DNA of 64,000 bases from an uncultured Pseudomonadales bacterium (GTDB lineage Bacteria > Pseudomonadota > Gammaproteobacteria > Pseudomonadales > Porticoccaceae), in the NCBI GenBank assembly GCA_943788875.1, contig CALSSA010000012.1:18855-82854 (forward strand). The letters are read 5' to 3'. This document shows positions 21,696-33,052 of this stretch, piece after piece (within the stretch, counting starts at the first letter, position 1; each line of letters begins with the position of its first letter). A program made the translations under genes and the position numbers. Below the pieces are notes generated by a model. The model was not told the DNA's origin. It did no database searches and worked only from the letters and a program-made list of their open reading frames with translations.

Positions 21696-22177
21696 TAATG
21701 ATCGTGCTTCGCCATGGGAGGCGCCTTGAGGCTGCGAACGTCAGCGCTGAATTCAACTGAACCGCATTGATCTGTATTGAACTGAAGCTGCGTAACTTCT
21801 CCAGCGACAACTTTCTGCTCAACATTAAACAACATGATATGCAGACTGCCCGGTTTAAAGGTCACTGTCTCACCGGCTGGCAGAACTACGCCACCATCGA
21901 CTGGTCTCATACGCATCATTCCATCCTGGTGGAGATGTTCGTGAAACTCAAGACGATTAGACAGCGGCGAACTGGCCCCAATAACCTTGCAGTCTTCAGT
22001 GCCGTGATTAGTTATAGTAAGAAAGCCCGCGGTGGTGTTGCGCCCGGGGGGCATAGTGCGAATATAGGCTCCGCTGACATGCAAGTTCTGAGCTACCTCT
22101 GTTTGGGCCGACAGTACGGGCTCCAGTAACAAAAATTGGGCGGCTAGGATAACGGCTAAACTGGTAGATTTTTTCAT
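21695..22177 (-). CDS. Periplasmic copper chaperone, PCu(A)C family
   Basis: Signal peptide; AYIRTMPPG, HEH...GMMRM, PGSLHIML copper-ligand pattern. Confidence 0.9.
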   Translation of the reverse strand: MKKSTSLAVILAAQFLLLEPVLSAQTEVAQNLHVSGAYIRTMPPGRNTTAGFLTITNHGTEDCKVIGASSPLSNRLEFHEHLHQDGMMRMRPVDGGVVLPAGETVTFKPGSLHIMLFNVEQKVVAGEVTQLQFNTDQCGSVEFSADVRSLKAPPMAKHDH

Positions 22178-22341
22178 AGGTTCCCTCAGGTAAACTATAG
22201 CATGTGGCCACAGAGAATGACCGACTTACTGGGTTATTTTTAGCCCCACAAGAGGGCAAAATGTTAAAGTGGCGGTCGGTAGCCCAAATCCATGCCTTGC
22301 CGTATAGACAGTGTACGAAAAAAGATTATCAAAGGATGACT

Positions 22342-24105
22342 ATGAATAAACTGCTTAAGAAAAGTTTGTGGCTGCTAGCCTGCCTGACAATCAGCCTGCC
22401 GTCCCTTGGGCAAGCTGCTCTCACTAAAGGCTTACAGAGCAGCGGCAGCACTTTTTTCGCACAGAATAGCAGCGCGGAATTTTTGCCTGTGGAGCAGGCT
22501 TATCAGCTTGCAGTCACCGTCGAAGAGAACCAGCTGTTGCTAAACTGGACCATTACCGACGGCTACTATCTTTACCGCGATCGCTTCAAATTCAATGCAG
22601 TCGACCCCAGTAGTCAGTTACAGCAACCAATATTCCAGACCGGCAAAGTAAAATGGGACGAATATTTTGAGGCTGATCTGGAAGTTTACTACTACAACAC
22701 ATTGGTCAGCCTGCCATTTAGTACGGCAGCACAGCAAATCGAAATACAAATTGAATCCCAGGGCTGCGCTGACGCAGGGCTCTGCTATCCACCCTACAAA
22801 CAATGGCTAACCGTTGACCTTAGCTCAGGTAACGTTGAAGTCAGCAGCAAACCTTCAACCTCCGCTCGCACTGGCAACGCAGCCAAACCGTCAGATAATG
22901 AACAGATGTCACTGGCCTGGATACTACTCTTTGCCTTGGCTGGAGGCATGATTCTAAATCTGATGCCCTGCGTATTCCCAGTGCTTTCAATCAAAGCCCT
23001 GAGTTTTACCCAAAATCATCAGTCAGACAAAAGCAAGCAGATCCATGGTCTGGCCTATACCGCAGGCGTGGTCTCAAGCTTTGTTGGCATCGCTATGGTT
23101 ATGTTAATACTGCGCTCTGCTGGAGAAGCTATCGGCTGGGGCTTCCAGCTGCAGTCTCCGGCTTTTATTATCGGCTTAATCTATCTGTTCTTTGTTATGG
23201 GTCTGGCATTTTCCGGCTATGTCGAAATTGGGGCCGGACTAATGTCCGTCGGCCAGTCCTCTTCGAGTAATGAGCAGAGCCTGACCTCCTCCTTTTTGAC
23301 TGGCGTATTGGCAACCACAGTCGCCAGCCCCTGCACCGCACCGTTTATGGGGCCGGCACTGGGCTACGCGGTATCTCAGTCCTCCGGCACTGCACTGCTG
23401 GTATTCGCATTCCTGGGACTAGGTATGGCCCTGCCCTTTATTCTGCTCACATGGATTCCCGGCCTCAGCCAGCGACTGCCAAAACCGGGACAGTGGATGG
23501 ATACTTTTAAACAGTTTTTGGCGTTCCCACTCTATCTAACGGCAGTTTGGTTGCTATGGGTTGCCGGTCGCCAGACTAGCATCGATGTTGCCGCAACCGT
23601 GATTATTGGTCTAGTGCTTATCGCCATGGCAATCTGGCTGTGGAAACTCGGCTCTGCAAAGCAGTCCGGCAAACTTAGCCCAAGCAAATTTCTAGCTGTC
23701 GCCTGCTTGGCCGCAGCCATCGCTGTACCTTGGCTGGCCATGTCAAAGGACGATCAGCCACAGCGCTGGGAAGCCTATTCTCCAGAGCGCCTCAGCCAAC
23801 TGCGCGCTGAAGGCAAGGCGGTATTTATAAACCTCACTGCAGACTGGTGCATCACCTGCTTGGCCAATGAACGGGTTGCCCTGAGCTCCGCCGCGTTCTA
23901 CCAAACGCTAGATGTCAATGACATTACCTATCTTAAAGGGGACTGGACAGACAGCGATCCAGAGATCACAGAGCTGCTTAATCAATATCAACGCAGCGGC
24001 GTACCTTTATATTTACTCTTCCCCACGGGAGAGGGAAAAGCGCAGATATTGCCGCAAATTTTGCTCGAAACCACAATATTAGAGCTGCTGGATAGCGTTA
24101 ATTAG
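22342..24105 (+). CDS. dsbD: Thiol:disulfide interchange protein DsbD/DipZ
   Basis: QGCADAGLCYPP, MPCVFP, SPCTAP, ADWCITC; start set at ATG 22342 after AAGGA. Confidence 0.93.
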   Translation: MNKLLKKSLWLLACLTISLPSLGQAALTKGLQSSGSTFFAQNSSAEFLPVEQAYQLAVTVEENQLLLNWTITDGYYLYRDRFKFNAVDPSSQLQQPIFQTGKVKWDEYFEADLEVYYYNTLVSLPFSTAAQQIEIQIESQGCADAGLCYPPYKQWLTVDLSSGNVEVSSKPSTSARTGNAAKPSDNEQMSLAWILLFALAGGMILNLMPCVFPVLSIKALSFTQNHQSDKSKQIHGLAYTAGVVSSFVGIAMVMLILRSAGEAIGWGFQLQSPAFIIGLIYLFFVMGLAFSGYVEIGAGLMSVGQSSSSNEQSLTSSFLTGVLATTVASPCTAPFMGPALGYAVSQSSGTALLVFAFLGLGMALPFILLTWIPGLSQRLPKPGQWMDTFKQFLAFPLYLTAVWLLWVAGRQTSIDVAATVIIGLVLIAMAIWLWKLGSAKQSGKLSPSKFLAVACLAAAIAVPWLAMSKDDQPQRWEAYSPERLSQLRAEGKAVFINLTADWCITCLANERVALSSAAFYQTLDVNDITYLKGDWTDSDPEITELLNQYQRSGVPLYLLFPTGEGKAQILPQILLETTILELLDSVN

Positions 24106-24378
24106 TTTTTAGCGTCTTTTAAGGCCACAATTACCGAACTTAATGCTTTTTTCCTCGAACTTCGTTATATATGCGTTGTTCTGTAGGGATTAGGTCCCGA
24201 AAAACCACTAACTCGTCAATAAAAAGCACTAAAAAACCAACAACCCCGAAGAAAATACCAGTAAAACAACATCAAATTCCTCTAAGTTCGTCGAAAATCA
24301 TATTTTTCTGCAATTTATGGACAGCCTGTCTCTTTTAGTGCAGACTGCGGCTAACTTAGCTCACCCCTGAGATTCATT

Positions 24379-24819
24379 ATGTCGACCATACTTCTTTTGC
24401 ACGGCCCCAATCTAAACCTGCTGGGCACCAGAGAACCTGAGATATACGGTGGTGACAGCCTCGAACAGATCAATCAGCAGTTAATGGATACGGCAATCTC
24501 CGCAGGTCATCATCTGCTAGCCCTGCAAAGCAATGCTGAATACGAGCTTATTCAACGCATTCACGATGCCAAACAGGAAGGGGTTAACTTTATTATCATC
24601 AACCCCGGCGCCTTTACTCACACCAGTATCGCCTTGCGCGATGCCCTGCTTGGGGTAGAAATCCCCTTTGTAGAAGTGCATCTGTCCAATGTGCACGCCA
24701 GAGAAGAGTTTCGCCGCCACTCCTATTTTTCCGATGTTGCTGAAGGCGTAATCTGCGGCTTCGGTGCGCAAAGTTACCATCTCGCTCTGCACGCTGTGCT
24801 GAGCAAGCTTGACCACTAA
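24379..24819 (+). CDS. aroQ: Type II 3-dehydroquinate dehydratase
   Basis: [33 protein letters not shown]. Confidence 0.97.
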   Translation: MSTILLLHGPNLNLLGTREPEIYGGDSLEQINQQLMDTAISAGHHLLALQSNAEYELIQRIHDAKQEGVNFIIINPGAFTHTSIALRDALLGVEIPFVEVHLSNVHAREEFRRHSYFSDVAEGVICGFGAQSYHLALHAVLSKLDH

Positions 24820-24842
24820 TTAGAATTGACCGAGAGACCAGA

Positions 24843-25292
24843 ATGGATATTCGTAAAGTTAAGAAGCTGATAGAGCTACTTGAAGAATCAAATATAAATG
24901 AATTAGAGATCACTGAAGGTGAAGAGTCTGTGCGCATCAGTCGCGGGGGCCCAGTGGCCTATGCTGCGGCACCAATGCCAGTGCCGGCCCCAGCGCCCGC
25001 CCCTGTAGCACAGGTAGCAGCGCCAGTCGCAGAAGCTCCAGCAACTGATGAACTGGTCGGCCATGTGGTGCGATCACCCATGGTAGGCAGCTTTTACAGC
25101 TCTCCTGCACCGGGCTCAGCCAGCTTTGTCACTGTAGGTCAGACAGTAGCCTCCGGTGATGTTCTATGCATTATCGAAGCGATGAAGATGATGAACCAGA
25201 TTGAAGCAGATAAAGCCGGCACCATTGGAGCTATTCTGGTTGAAGATGGCGAACCTGTTGAATTTGATCAACCTATTTTCACCATTATTTAA
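24843..25292 (+). CDS. accB: Acetyl-CoA carboxylase biotin carboxyl carrier protein
   Basis: [12 protein letters not shown], Pro/Ala linker, EAMKMMN biotinylation site. Confidence 0.97.
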   Translation: MDIRKVKKLIELLEESNINELEITEGEESVRISRGGPVAYAAAPMPVPAPAPAPVAQVAAPVAEAPATDELVGHVVRSPMVGSFYSSPAPGSASFVTVGQTVASGDVLCIIEAMKMMNQIEADKAGTIGAILVEDGEPVEFDQPIFTII

Positions 25293-25312
25293 AGCCTGTC
25301 AGGAACTGAATC

Positions 25313-26653
25313 ATGCTCGACAAAGTGCTTATCGCCAACCGCGGTGAAATCGCCCTACGAATCCTTCGCGCCTGCAAAGAGTTAAATATTAAAACTGTTG
25401 CAGTGCACTCTAAGATCGACGTAGCTCTAAAACATGTAAAACTCGCAGATGAAGCTGTATGCATCGGCCCCAACCCCTCGCCGCAGAGCTATTTAAATGT
25501 GCCAGCGATCATCAGCGCCATGGAAATTACCGGCGCAGAAGCCGTGCATCCGGGCTATGGTTTTTTAGCGGAGAATGCTGACTTTGCCGAGCAGGTCGAA
25601 AACAGCGGTTTTACCTTTATAGGGCCAACCGCAGAAGTTATTCGCACTATGGGCGATAAAGTGGCCGCCATTAAAACAATGAAAGCTGCAGGCGTTCCCA
25701 CAGTGCCAGGCTCAGACGGCCCTTTATCCGATGACCCGCAGTTCCTGAAAAACACTGCATTGCGTATCGGCTACCCGGTGATTATTAAAGCCGCAGCTGG
25801 TGGTGGTGGCCGAGGTATGCGTGTGGTCGAAAACGAACAGACCCTGCTCAATGCTGTAAGCATCACCAAAACTGAAGCCGCAGCTGCCTTTGGTGATGGT
25901 ACTGTGTATATGGAAAAGTTTTTACAGAACCCAAGACATGTTGAGGTACAGGTGCTGTCAGACGGTCAGGGCAGCGCCATCCATCTGGGTGATCGCGACT
26001 GCTCACTGCAGCGCCGCCACCAAAAAGTGATTGAAGAAGCCCCTGCTCCAGGCATTCCTGAAGATGCTCGACAAGCTGTATTTGAAAGCTGTGTTAAGGC
26101 CTGTATTCAGATCAACTATCGCGGCGCTGGTACTTTTGAGTTCCTCTATGAGGACGGCAATTACTACTTTATCGAGATGAACACCAGGGTTCAGGTTGAG
26201 CATCCAGTGTCCGAGATGATTACTGGTGTCGACATTATTAAAGAGCAATTGCTGATTGCCAGCGGCAGGCCTCTGAGCTTTAAGCAGGAAAATATTATTT
26301 TTCGAGGCCACAGCTTTGAGTGCCGTATCAATGCCGAAGATCCGGTGAGTTTTCTGCCTCAGCCCGGCACTATTCTGGCCTATCATGCGCCCGGAGGTAA
26401 TGGTGTGCGCGTTGATTCCCATATCTACAATGGCTACAGCGTGCCGCCCAACTACGACTCACTGATCGGCAAAGTTATTACCTATGGTCGAGATCGCGAC
26501 TCGGCACTGTCCAGAATGCGCAATGCTCTCGACGAGATGGTCATTGATGGCATCAAGACGAATATTGAGCTGCATGAGAACCTGGTGAGAGATCCGGAGT
26601 TTAAAAAAGGTGGTGTTAATATTCACTACCTTGAGAAAAAGCTCGGTCTCTAG
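25313..26653 (+). CDS. accC: Biotin carboxylase
   Basis: [38 protein letters not shown]. Confidence 0.98.
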   Translation: MLDKVLIANRGEIALRILRACKELNIKTVAVHSKIDVALKHVKLADEAVCIGPNPSPQSYLNVPAIISAMEITGAEAVHPGYGFLAENADFAEQVENSGFTFIGPTAEVIRTMGDKVAAIKTMKAAGVPTVPGSDGPLSDDPQFLKNTALRIGYPVIIKAAAGGGGRGMRVVENEQTLLNAVSITKTEAAAAFGDGTVYMEKFLQNPRHVEVQVLSDGQGSAIHLGDRDCSLQRRHQKVIEEAPAPGIPEDARQAVFESCVKACIQINYRGAGTFEFLYEDGNYYFIEMNTRVQVEHPVSEMITGVDIIKEQLLIASGRPLSFKQENIIFRGHSFECRINAEDPVSFLPQPGTILAYHAPGGNGVRVDSHIYNGYSVPPNYDSLIGKVITYGRDRDSALSRMRNALDEMVIDGIKTNIELHENLVRDPEFKKGGVNIHYLEKKLGL

Positions 26654-26658
26654 GCCAG

Positions 26659-27543
26659 ATGCCATCCCAATGGGTTCAGCTGCAGACTGAAGTCTCCCGC
26701 CAGCATAGCGACTTAACTGAAGATGCCATGCTGGAGGCCGGAGCCCTGTCAGTAACTCTGGAGGATGCCGCAGATCAGCCGATTCTGGAACCTGGCGTTG
26801 GTGAAACACCACTCTGGGATCAATGTATAGTCAAAGCGCTGTTCCCTGCTACAGTAGATACAGACCTGATAAGCGAGCAACTGCAAATAAACCTGCAGTC
26901 AGAGTTACGCTGGGAACTGCTGGAAGACAAAGACTGGTCCCAAGAATGGAAAAAATATTTCCAGCCGCGCAAGTGCGGTGACCGGTTGTGGATCTGCCCC
27001 AGCTGGACTGAGGTGCCAGATCCAGATGGCTTCAACCTGATGCTGGATCCGGGACTGGCTTTCGGTACCGGCAGTCACCCCACTACACATCTTTGTCTGC
27101 GCTGGCTGGACCAGCAGAATCTGGCTGGCAAAATCGTTATTGACTATGGCTGTGGTTCCGGCATTTTAGGTATTGCGGCCCTGCTGTTAGGCGCCGAAAA
27201 AGTCATCGCCATCGACAATGATCCCCAGGCCCTGCTTGCCAGTCGAGACAATGCCCAGCGCAATCAGATTGCCGATCAGCGCCTAATTACCTGCCTGCCA
27301 GATGCTATCCCAGAGGGTATTCTCGGCGATGTCATGCTGGCCAATATACTCGCGGCACCTTTAATAGAATTAGCCCCCAATATTAGCAACCTCACTGAGG
27401 CCAACGGACTGCTTTGCCTATCCGGCCTTCTTGAATCCCAGATTGAGGATGTGTCCGCCCCCTATCAGGCCTACTTTGACTTTGACAGTCCCGGCATTGA
27501 AGATGACTGGGCACAGCTATCTGCGCGCAAAACTCGCCACTGA
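26659..27543 (+). CDS. prmA: Ribosomal protein L11 methyltransferase
   Basis: DPGLAFGTGSHPTT, IDYGCGSGIL, ANILAAPL. Confidence 0.96.
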   Translation: MPSQWVQLQTEVSRQHSDLTEDAMLEAGALSVTLEDAADQPILEPGVGETPLWDQCIVKALFPATVDTDLISEQLQINLQSELRWELLEDKDWSQEWKKYFQPRKCGDRLWICPSWTEVPDPDGFNLMLDPGLAFGTGSHPTTHLCLRWLDQQNLAGKIVIDYGCGSGILGIAALLLGAEKVIAIDNDPQALLASRDNAQRNQIADQRLITCLPDAIPEGILGDVMLANILAAPLIELAPNISNLTEANGLLCLSGLLESQIEDVSAPYQAYFDFDSPGIEDDWAQLSARKTRH

Positions 27544-27635
27544 GCTTTACCCTCGGTATAGGGTTCAATGCTGCTAAACTCATTACTCGAACCCACTAGC
27601 AAAACTGAGCCGCAAATAAATGCCCCGGAAAATCA

Positions 27636-28541
27636 ATGTCTGACATTGTCACCCGCTGCCCCGAGTGTAATATTGCATTTCGCGCCGAGCCCAGCCAGCT
27701 ATCTGCTGCCGCTGGCCTGGTGCGCTGCGGCACCTGTCTGGCGGTATTCAATGCCGTAGAACATATCGAACAACCCGGCTCAGATACAATCAATGTCGAC
27801 TATCTACCCTACGTGCTTGATAAGTTCGAAGATCTAGGCGAGGCCACAGACCAGCTCGAGGAACAATTAAATAGCGTATTGGACGGGCGACTCGAGCAAG
27901 AAATTGATCATGAAATAATGGATACCGAACTGGTTAGCAGCGCTGAAAATCACGGTAAATTCGGCGATATGCTTGGCCAGATACTGGAAGACTCCGTGAG
28001 CGATCAAGCTGATTTACCCAATCCCTTTACTCTCGATGAAGCATTAACCCAGCCTGAGGTTGAGAGTACCAGAAGCAGGCTCCCTGCTTTTGCCGCATTG
28101 CTGCTGGCCCTCTCTGTGTTGGCCGCGGCGCTTGTTTACGTCAACAGTGCGCGGCTCAGCTTAAACCCTCAATATCGCTCGTCACTGGAAATCCTGTGCC
28201 AGCATGCCGGATGCGCTATGGCCGAATACCGCAACCTGACTGAGATCGAGGTGACGCAATTGACAATGCTCAGTCACCCGCAGCTGACGGGCAGTATTAG
28301 TATGCAGTTGCTAGTTACTAATCGCTCAGCGCACAGCCAGCGCTTTCCCAAGCTTAAAATAGTATTTACTGATTTAGAGCAGCAGCCAGTGGCTCAGCGC
28401 ATTATCCCAGCCGCTGAGTACCAGCTAAAACAGCCTGCACAGAGCAGATTGATGAAGCCCGGTCAACAGACCAGAATTGATATGCAGCTGGTCGACCCTG
28501 GCCCAGCTGCAATCAACTACTCCATCAAACTACTCGACTAA
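27636..28541 (+). CDS. Zinc-ribbon + DUF3426 domain membrane protein
   Basis: CPEC...VRCGTC zinc ribbon, acidic linker, one TM; usual position between prmA and dusB. Confidence 0.85.
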   Translation: MSDIVTRCPECNIAFRAEPSQLSAAAGLVRCGTCLAVFNAVEHIEQPGSDTINVDYLPYVLDKFEDLGEATDQLEEQLNSVLDGRLEQEIDHEIMDTELVSSAENHGKFGDMLGQILEDSVSDQADLPNPFTLDEALTQPEVESTRSRLPAFAALLLALSVLAAALVYVNSARLSLNPQYRSSLEILCQHAGCAMAEYRNLTEIEVTQLTMLSHPQLTGSISMQLLVTNRSAHSQRFPKLKIVFTDLEQQPVAQRIIPAAEYQLKQPAQSRLMKPGQQTRIDMQLVDPGPAAINYSIKLLD

Positions 28542-28653
28542 AACTAACTGCTACAGAATAGATTATTTGCGCTTTTCCTGACCAACCAGGCCACAGGGAT
28601 ATAAAATACAGTGTTTTTTCAATTGATCACTTTTTAATCAGCTATCCAAAGGG

Positions 28654-28667
28654 TAGAATGGCCGGCC
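28654..28667 (+). promoter_or_regulatory. Candidate -10 plus GC-rich discriminator of dusB-fis
   Basis: TAGAAT followed by GGCCGGCC, the layout of stringently controlled promoters; -35 not evident. Confidence 0.35.
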
Positions 28668-28695
28668 TGTTTTATTACTGACCCTCGGGATTCGC

Positions 28696-29682
28696 TTGTT
28701 CAATATTGGACCCTATCAGATTGACCGCAAAACCATTCTAGCCCCCATGGCTGGCGTGACAGATCTGCCATTCCGCCGACTCTGCCGAGAAATGGGAGCA
28801 GGGCTGGTGGTATCAGAAATGGTCGCGGCGGATCCCAGTACCTGGGATACCAGAAAATCCCGCCTGCGTATTCAGTTTGGTGATGAGCCCGCACCCAAAT
28901 CAGTGCAGATTGCCGGCTATGACCCGCAGATGATGGCCGAAGCCGCCCGCTTCAATGTGGCTCAGGGTGCAGAGATTATTGATATAAACATGGGTTGTCC
29001 GGCGAAAAAAGTCTGCAAACGTGCAGCAGGTTCCGCCCTGCTGCAGGACCCGCAACTGGTGGATGATATTTTGCAGGCAGTGGTCGCGGCAGTTGATGTG
29101 CCTGTTACCTTAAAAATACGTACCGGCTGGGATCGCCACAATCGCAACGGATCAACTATAGCCAAAATTGCCGAACAGGCTGGCGTAGCCGCTCTTGCAG
29201 TACATGGCCGCACTCGCGCCTGTCGATTTGTCGGGGAAGTGGAGTATGACACTATCGCGGAGGTGGTCGAGGCTGTATCCATGCCGGTGATTGCCAATGG
29301 CGATATCACAACGCCGCAAAAAGCCGTTGCCGTGCTCGAACACACTGGCGCTGCTGCAGTAATGATTGGTCGCGGCGCTCAGGGTAACCCGTGGATTTTT
29401 AACCAAATTAATCATTATCTCGACCAAGGCGAACTGTTAGCGCCGCCAAGTACTGAGGAAATCGGTGTAATGATGGCCCGCCATCTGCAGGCGCTGCACA
29501 ATTTTTACGGCGAAGTTGGCGGCGTACGGATCTCTAGAAAACATATTGGCTGGTACAGCAGCGAACTCGCGGGAGGCAAAGAGTTTACCCAACATTTTAA
29601 TAAGCTCGAGTCCCGACTTCATCAACAGGAATTTCTCCATCAGTTTTTCCTTAATGTTATCAATCAGGAACAAGCGGCATGA
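28696..29682 (+). CDS. dusB: tRNA-dihydrouridine synthase B
   Basis: LAPMAGVTD, DINMGCP, VHGRTR, NGDI; upstream of fis. Confidence 0.95.
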   Translation: MFNIGPYQIDRKTILAPMAGVTDLPFRRLCREMGAGLVVSEMVAADPSTWDTRKSRLRIQFGDEPAPKSVQIAGYDPQMMAEAARFNVAQGAEIIDINMGCPAKKVCKRAAGSALLQDPQLVDDILQAVVAAVDVPVTLKIRTGWDRHNRNGSTIAKIAEQAGVAALAVHGRTRACRFVGEVEYDTIAEVVEAVSMPVIANGDITTPQKAVAVLEHTGAAAVMIGRGAQGNPWIFNQINHYLDQGELLAPPSTEEIGVMMARHLQALHNFYGEVGGVRISRKHIGWYSSELAGGKEFTQHFNKLESRLHQQEFLHQFFLNVINQEQAA

Positions 29683-29981
29683 ATTCTGCGGAACAAAACC
29701 AACAACAAACAGCGGAACAGGTCCCAGCATCAACGCCCAGTGAAAACTACAGCAGCCAATCACTGCGCTACAGTGTCGCCGAGGCGATGCAGCGTTATTT
29801 TGCCGATCTTGATGGTCAGGAAACCCGCGACCTCTACGATCTGGTGATGGCCGAAGTTGAGCCACCACTGCTGAGCGCGGCGATGAACTACACACGCCAA
29901 AACCAGAGTAAAACTGCTGAATTGCTGGGTCTCAATCGCGGCACTCTGCGCAAAAAATTAAAACAATATAACCTTCTGTAA
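29679..29981 (+). CDS. fis: DNA-binding protein Fis
   Basis: LYDLVMAEVEPPLL, NQSKTAELLGLNRGTLRKKLKQY; ATGA overlap with dusB. Confidence 0.96.
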   Translation: MNSAEQNQQQTAEQVPASTPSENYSSQSLRYSVAEAMQRYFADLDGQETRDLYDLVMAEVEPPLLSAAMNYTRQNQSKTAELLGLNRGTLRKKLKQYNLL

Positions 29982-30005
29982 TCACCTTCTGTACTCGAGG
30001 ACTCC

Positions 30006-31580
30006 ATGAGCGATCTAAGAAAAATTTCCCGCGCACTAATTAGTGTTTCCGATAAGACTGGCATTGTTGACTTTGCCCGCGCCCTGACCGAGCAAGGTGT
30101 AGAACTGCTCTCAACAGGCGGCACATATCGTCTGCTCAGTGAACATGCTATTGCAGTTACCGAGGTATCTGATTACACCGGTTTCCCTGAGATGATGGAT
30201 GGCCGGGTAAAAACATTACACCCAAAAGTCCATGGTGGCATTTTGGGTCGCCGCGGTCAGGACGATGCGGTGATGACTGAACATGGCATCAAGCCCATTG
30301 ATATGGTGGTGGTCAACCTGTACCCGTTTGCTGCCACAGTGGCAGACCCCAGCTGTGATTTGCCAACAGCTATTGAAAATATTGATATTGGCGGCCCAAC
30401 CATGGTGCGCTCGGCGGCAAAAAATCATAAAGATGTAGCCATTGTGGTTAATGCCAGCGACTACATAACCGTTATTGACGAAATGCAGGGTAATGGCGGT
30501 CAGCTAAATTACGACAGCAGATATCAGCTGATGGTAAAGGCCTTTGAGCATACCGCAGGCTATGACGGCATGATTGCCAACCATTTTGGTGCGCGCAATA
30601 CTGCCAATGAGAAACGGGACTTCTCTGACACCTACAACGTGCAGTATTTTAAAACTCAAGAAATGCGCTATGGCGAGAACCCTCACCAAAAAGCAGCCTT
30701 CTACACCGAAGCCAACCCAGTAGAGGCCAGTGTGGCAACCGCCAAACAGCTACAGGGTAAAGAGCTTTCATTTAACAATATTGCAGATACAGATGCGGCG
30801 CTGGAATGTGTTAAGCAATTTGATCAACCCGCCTGTGTCATTGTAAAACATGCCAACCCCTGTGGCGTTTCGGTTGCAGTGGATATTGCCACAGCCTACC
30901 AACTGGCTTTTGCTACAGACCCAGAATCTGCCTTTGGCGGCATTATCGCCTTTAACCGCGAGTTAGATGCAGCCACAGCAGCGGCGATCTGCGAAAAACA
31001 ATTTGTTGAAGTGATTATTGCACCCTCAGTGGCCGCGGATGCCGTGGAAGTGGTTGCAGCTAAAAAGAATGTACGCCTGTTGGAGTGCGGTACCTGGGGC
31101 TCCGACCGCCCTCAGGACTTCGACTACAAACGCGTCAATGGCGGACTGCTGATTCAGGACCGAGACAATGGCATGATTACCGAGCAGGACCTCAAGATTG
31201 TGTCTGAACGCACTCCCTCCGAGGCGGAAATGGCCGATATGCTATTTGCCTGGAAAGTGGCCAAGATGGTGAAGTCCAATGCCATTATTTATGCCAAAAA
31301 CAATCAGACCATAGGTGTGGGCGCTGGCCAGATGAGCCGTATTAATTCCGCACGCATTGCCGGTATTAAAGCCGAGCATGCCGGGCTTGAAGTCAAAAGC
31401 GCAGTAATGGCCTCAGATGCATTTTTCCCGTTCCGCGATGGTATTGACAACGCAGGTGCTGCTGGCATCAGCTGCATTATTCAGCCCGGTGGATCAATGC
31501 GTGATGATGAAGTCATCGCCGCTGCCAATGAACATGGCATGGCGATGGTGTTTACTGGCATGAGACATTTCAGACACTAG
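30006..31580 (+). CDS. purH: Bifunctional AICAR transformylase/IMP cyclohydrolase
   Basis: [33 protein letters not shown]. Confidence 0.98.
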   Translation: MSDLRKISRALISVSDKTGIVDFARALTEQGVELLSTGGTYRLLSEHAIAVTEVSDYTGFPEMMDGRVKTLHPKVHGGILGRRGQDDAVMTEHGIKPIDMVVVNLYPFAATVADPSCDLPTAIENIDIGGPTMVRSAAKNHKDVAIVVNASDYITVIDEMQGNGGQLNYDSRYQLMVKAFEHTAGYDGMIANHFGARNTANEKRDFSDTYNVQYFKTQEMRYGENPHQKAAFYTEANPVEASVATAKQLQGKELSFNNIADTDAALECVKQFDQPACVIVKHANPCGVSVAVDIATAYQLAFATDPESAFGGIIAFNRELDAATAAAICEKQFVEVIIAPSVAADAVEVVAAKKNVRLLECGTWGSDRPQDFDYKRVNGGLLIQDRDNGMITEQDLKIVSERTPSEAEMADMLFAWKVAKMVKSNAIIYAKNNQTIGVGAGQMSRINSARIAGIKAEHAGLEVKSAVMASDAFFPFRDGIDNAGAAGISCIIQPGGSMRDDEVIAAANEHGMAMVFTGMRHFRH

Positions 31581-31591
31581 AAAACCAGGCA

Positions 31592-31606
31592 TCCCTGCCA
31601 CAGGGA
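31592..31606. terminator. Short hairpin between convergent purH and photolyase
   Basis: TCCCTG-CCA-CAGGGA; only a weak T-run on the minus strand. Confidence 0.3.
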
Positions 31607-31612
31607 ACCCAG

Positions 31613-33052
31613 CTATAGGGAATCGAGCTTAGTCAGTTTAAACGCGGCGAGGGCTCTTTCCCTGGACTCCTTGATATCGACAATAGGTGCCGGATAGTTG
31701 GCGCCTATTTCAACCCCAGCAGCGCGAAGAATCTCTGCCGGTGCAAGCCAGGGCGCGTGGATATATTTAGCCGGCATCTCAGCCAACTCTGGCACATAGC
31801 GACGAATATAATCTCCCTGCTTATCAAATTTTTCACTCTGGGTGATGGGGTTAAAAATTCTAAAGAATGGAGCAGCGTCAGCACCACAACCAGCAATCCA
31901 CTGCCAGCTTGCACTATTGGCAGCCAAGTCCGCATCAACTAGACAGTCCCAAAACCACTCCTCCCCGCGATGCCAGTGAATCAGTAGATTCTTAACCATA
32001 AACGAGCCCACCACCATACGCACTCGATTGTGCATATAGCCAGTGTTATACAGCTCGCGCATACCTGCATCGACGAGGGGATATCCGGTGCGCCCCTGTT
32101 GCCAGGCGCTTAACTCGGCAGCCGTATCTGGCGCCCATGGAAACGCATCGAAGCGTTGCTGCAGATTATCTTTGGGCAGCTGGGGAAAATGATAAAGCAG
32201 ATAATGGGAGAACTCACGCCAGCCCAGCTCACTTAAAAAGGTATCTATGCTGGCTTCATTATTAACCAACGCCGCCGCATCTGAGGCCCGGTGCCAGGCA
32301 GTATTAGTCGAGATCTGACCAAAATGCAGATAGGCTGAGAGTCTTGATACATTAGCTTTGTTGGGGAAATTGCGGCCTTCGCGATAGTCTTCAAGCTCCG
32401 CCAGTACAAATTCATCCAAGCGGTCCTGAGCCGCTGTCTCACTAATATCCCATCTTTCCTTCATTTCCCTATCCCAAGGAATATTCGGCAGAAGCTGCAG
32501 GCTATCTAAGGAAACTGAGTCCTTACTTATTGGCCATGCACGTAGATTAGCAGGAGTCGATAATGGTCGTCTGGGGGGCGTTTTGGACAGACATCCGCGT
32601 CGATAATAGGGGGTAAAAACCTTGTAGGGGGTCTCATCTTTTTTAAGCACCTGCCAGGGTTCCCAAAGCAAGGAACCATTAAAACTATCCACCTGAATAT
32701 CAAGTTCTTTTAGCTCAGCCTTGATGTTGCCGTCGCGGGCGATACGCCAGGGTTCATAACAGCGATTCCACACCACGGCGGCTGCAGATGTCTGTTCTAC
32801 AAGCTGGCGTAGAACCTGCTGAGGGTCACCCTGAAAAATATTTAACTTGCCTGCCAGAGACTGGTTGAGACTTTCAAGAGCATGGTGCAGCCACCAGCGA
32901 CTGGCACCGCCCATAGCCCATTCCCCAGCATTGTTATCATCGAGGATATAGACGGGAACGATGTCTCCGTTTTCACAGGCGGCAGATAATGCTGGATTGT
33001 CAGCTAGGCGTAAATCCTGACGAAACCAGACAATGGTGGGGTAGTGAGACTT
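31613..33052 (-). CDS. phrB: Deoxyribodipyrimidine (CPD class I) photolyase; start codon unresolved
   Basis: SRLSAYLHFG, ELGWREF, TGYPLVDAGMREL, MHNRVRM, RIFNP; the frame continues upstream of ATG 32914 through IVWFRQDLRLADNPAL. Confidence 0.9.
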   Translation of the reverse strand, partial: KSHYPTIVWFRQDLRLADNPALSAACENGDIVPVYILDDNNAGEWAMGGASRWWLHHALESLNQSLAGKLNIFQGDPQQVLRQLVEQTSAAAVVWNRCYEPWRIARDGNIKAELKELDIQVDSFNGSLLWEPWQVLKKDETPYKVFTPYYRRGCLSKTPPRRPLSTPANLRAWPISKDSVSLDSLQLLPNIPWDREMKERWDISETAAQDRLDEFVLAELEDYREGRNFPNKANVSRLSAYLHFGQISTNTAWHRASDAAALVNNEASIDTFLSELGWREFSHYLLYHFPQLPKDNLQQRFDAFPWAPDTAAELSAWQQGRTGYPLVDAGMRELYNTGYMHNRVRMVVGSFMVKNLLIHWHRGEEWFWDCLVDADLAANSASWQWIAGCGADAAPFFRIFNPITQSEKFDKQGDYIRRYVPELAEMPAKYIHAPWLAPAEILRAAGVEIGANYPAPIVDIKESRERALAAFKLTKLDSL

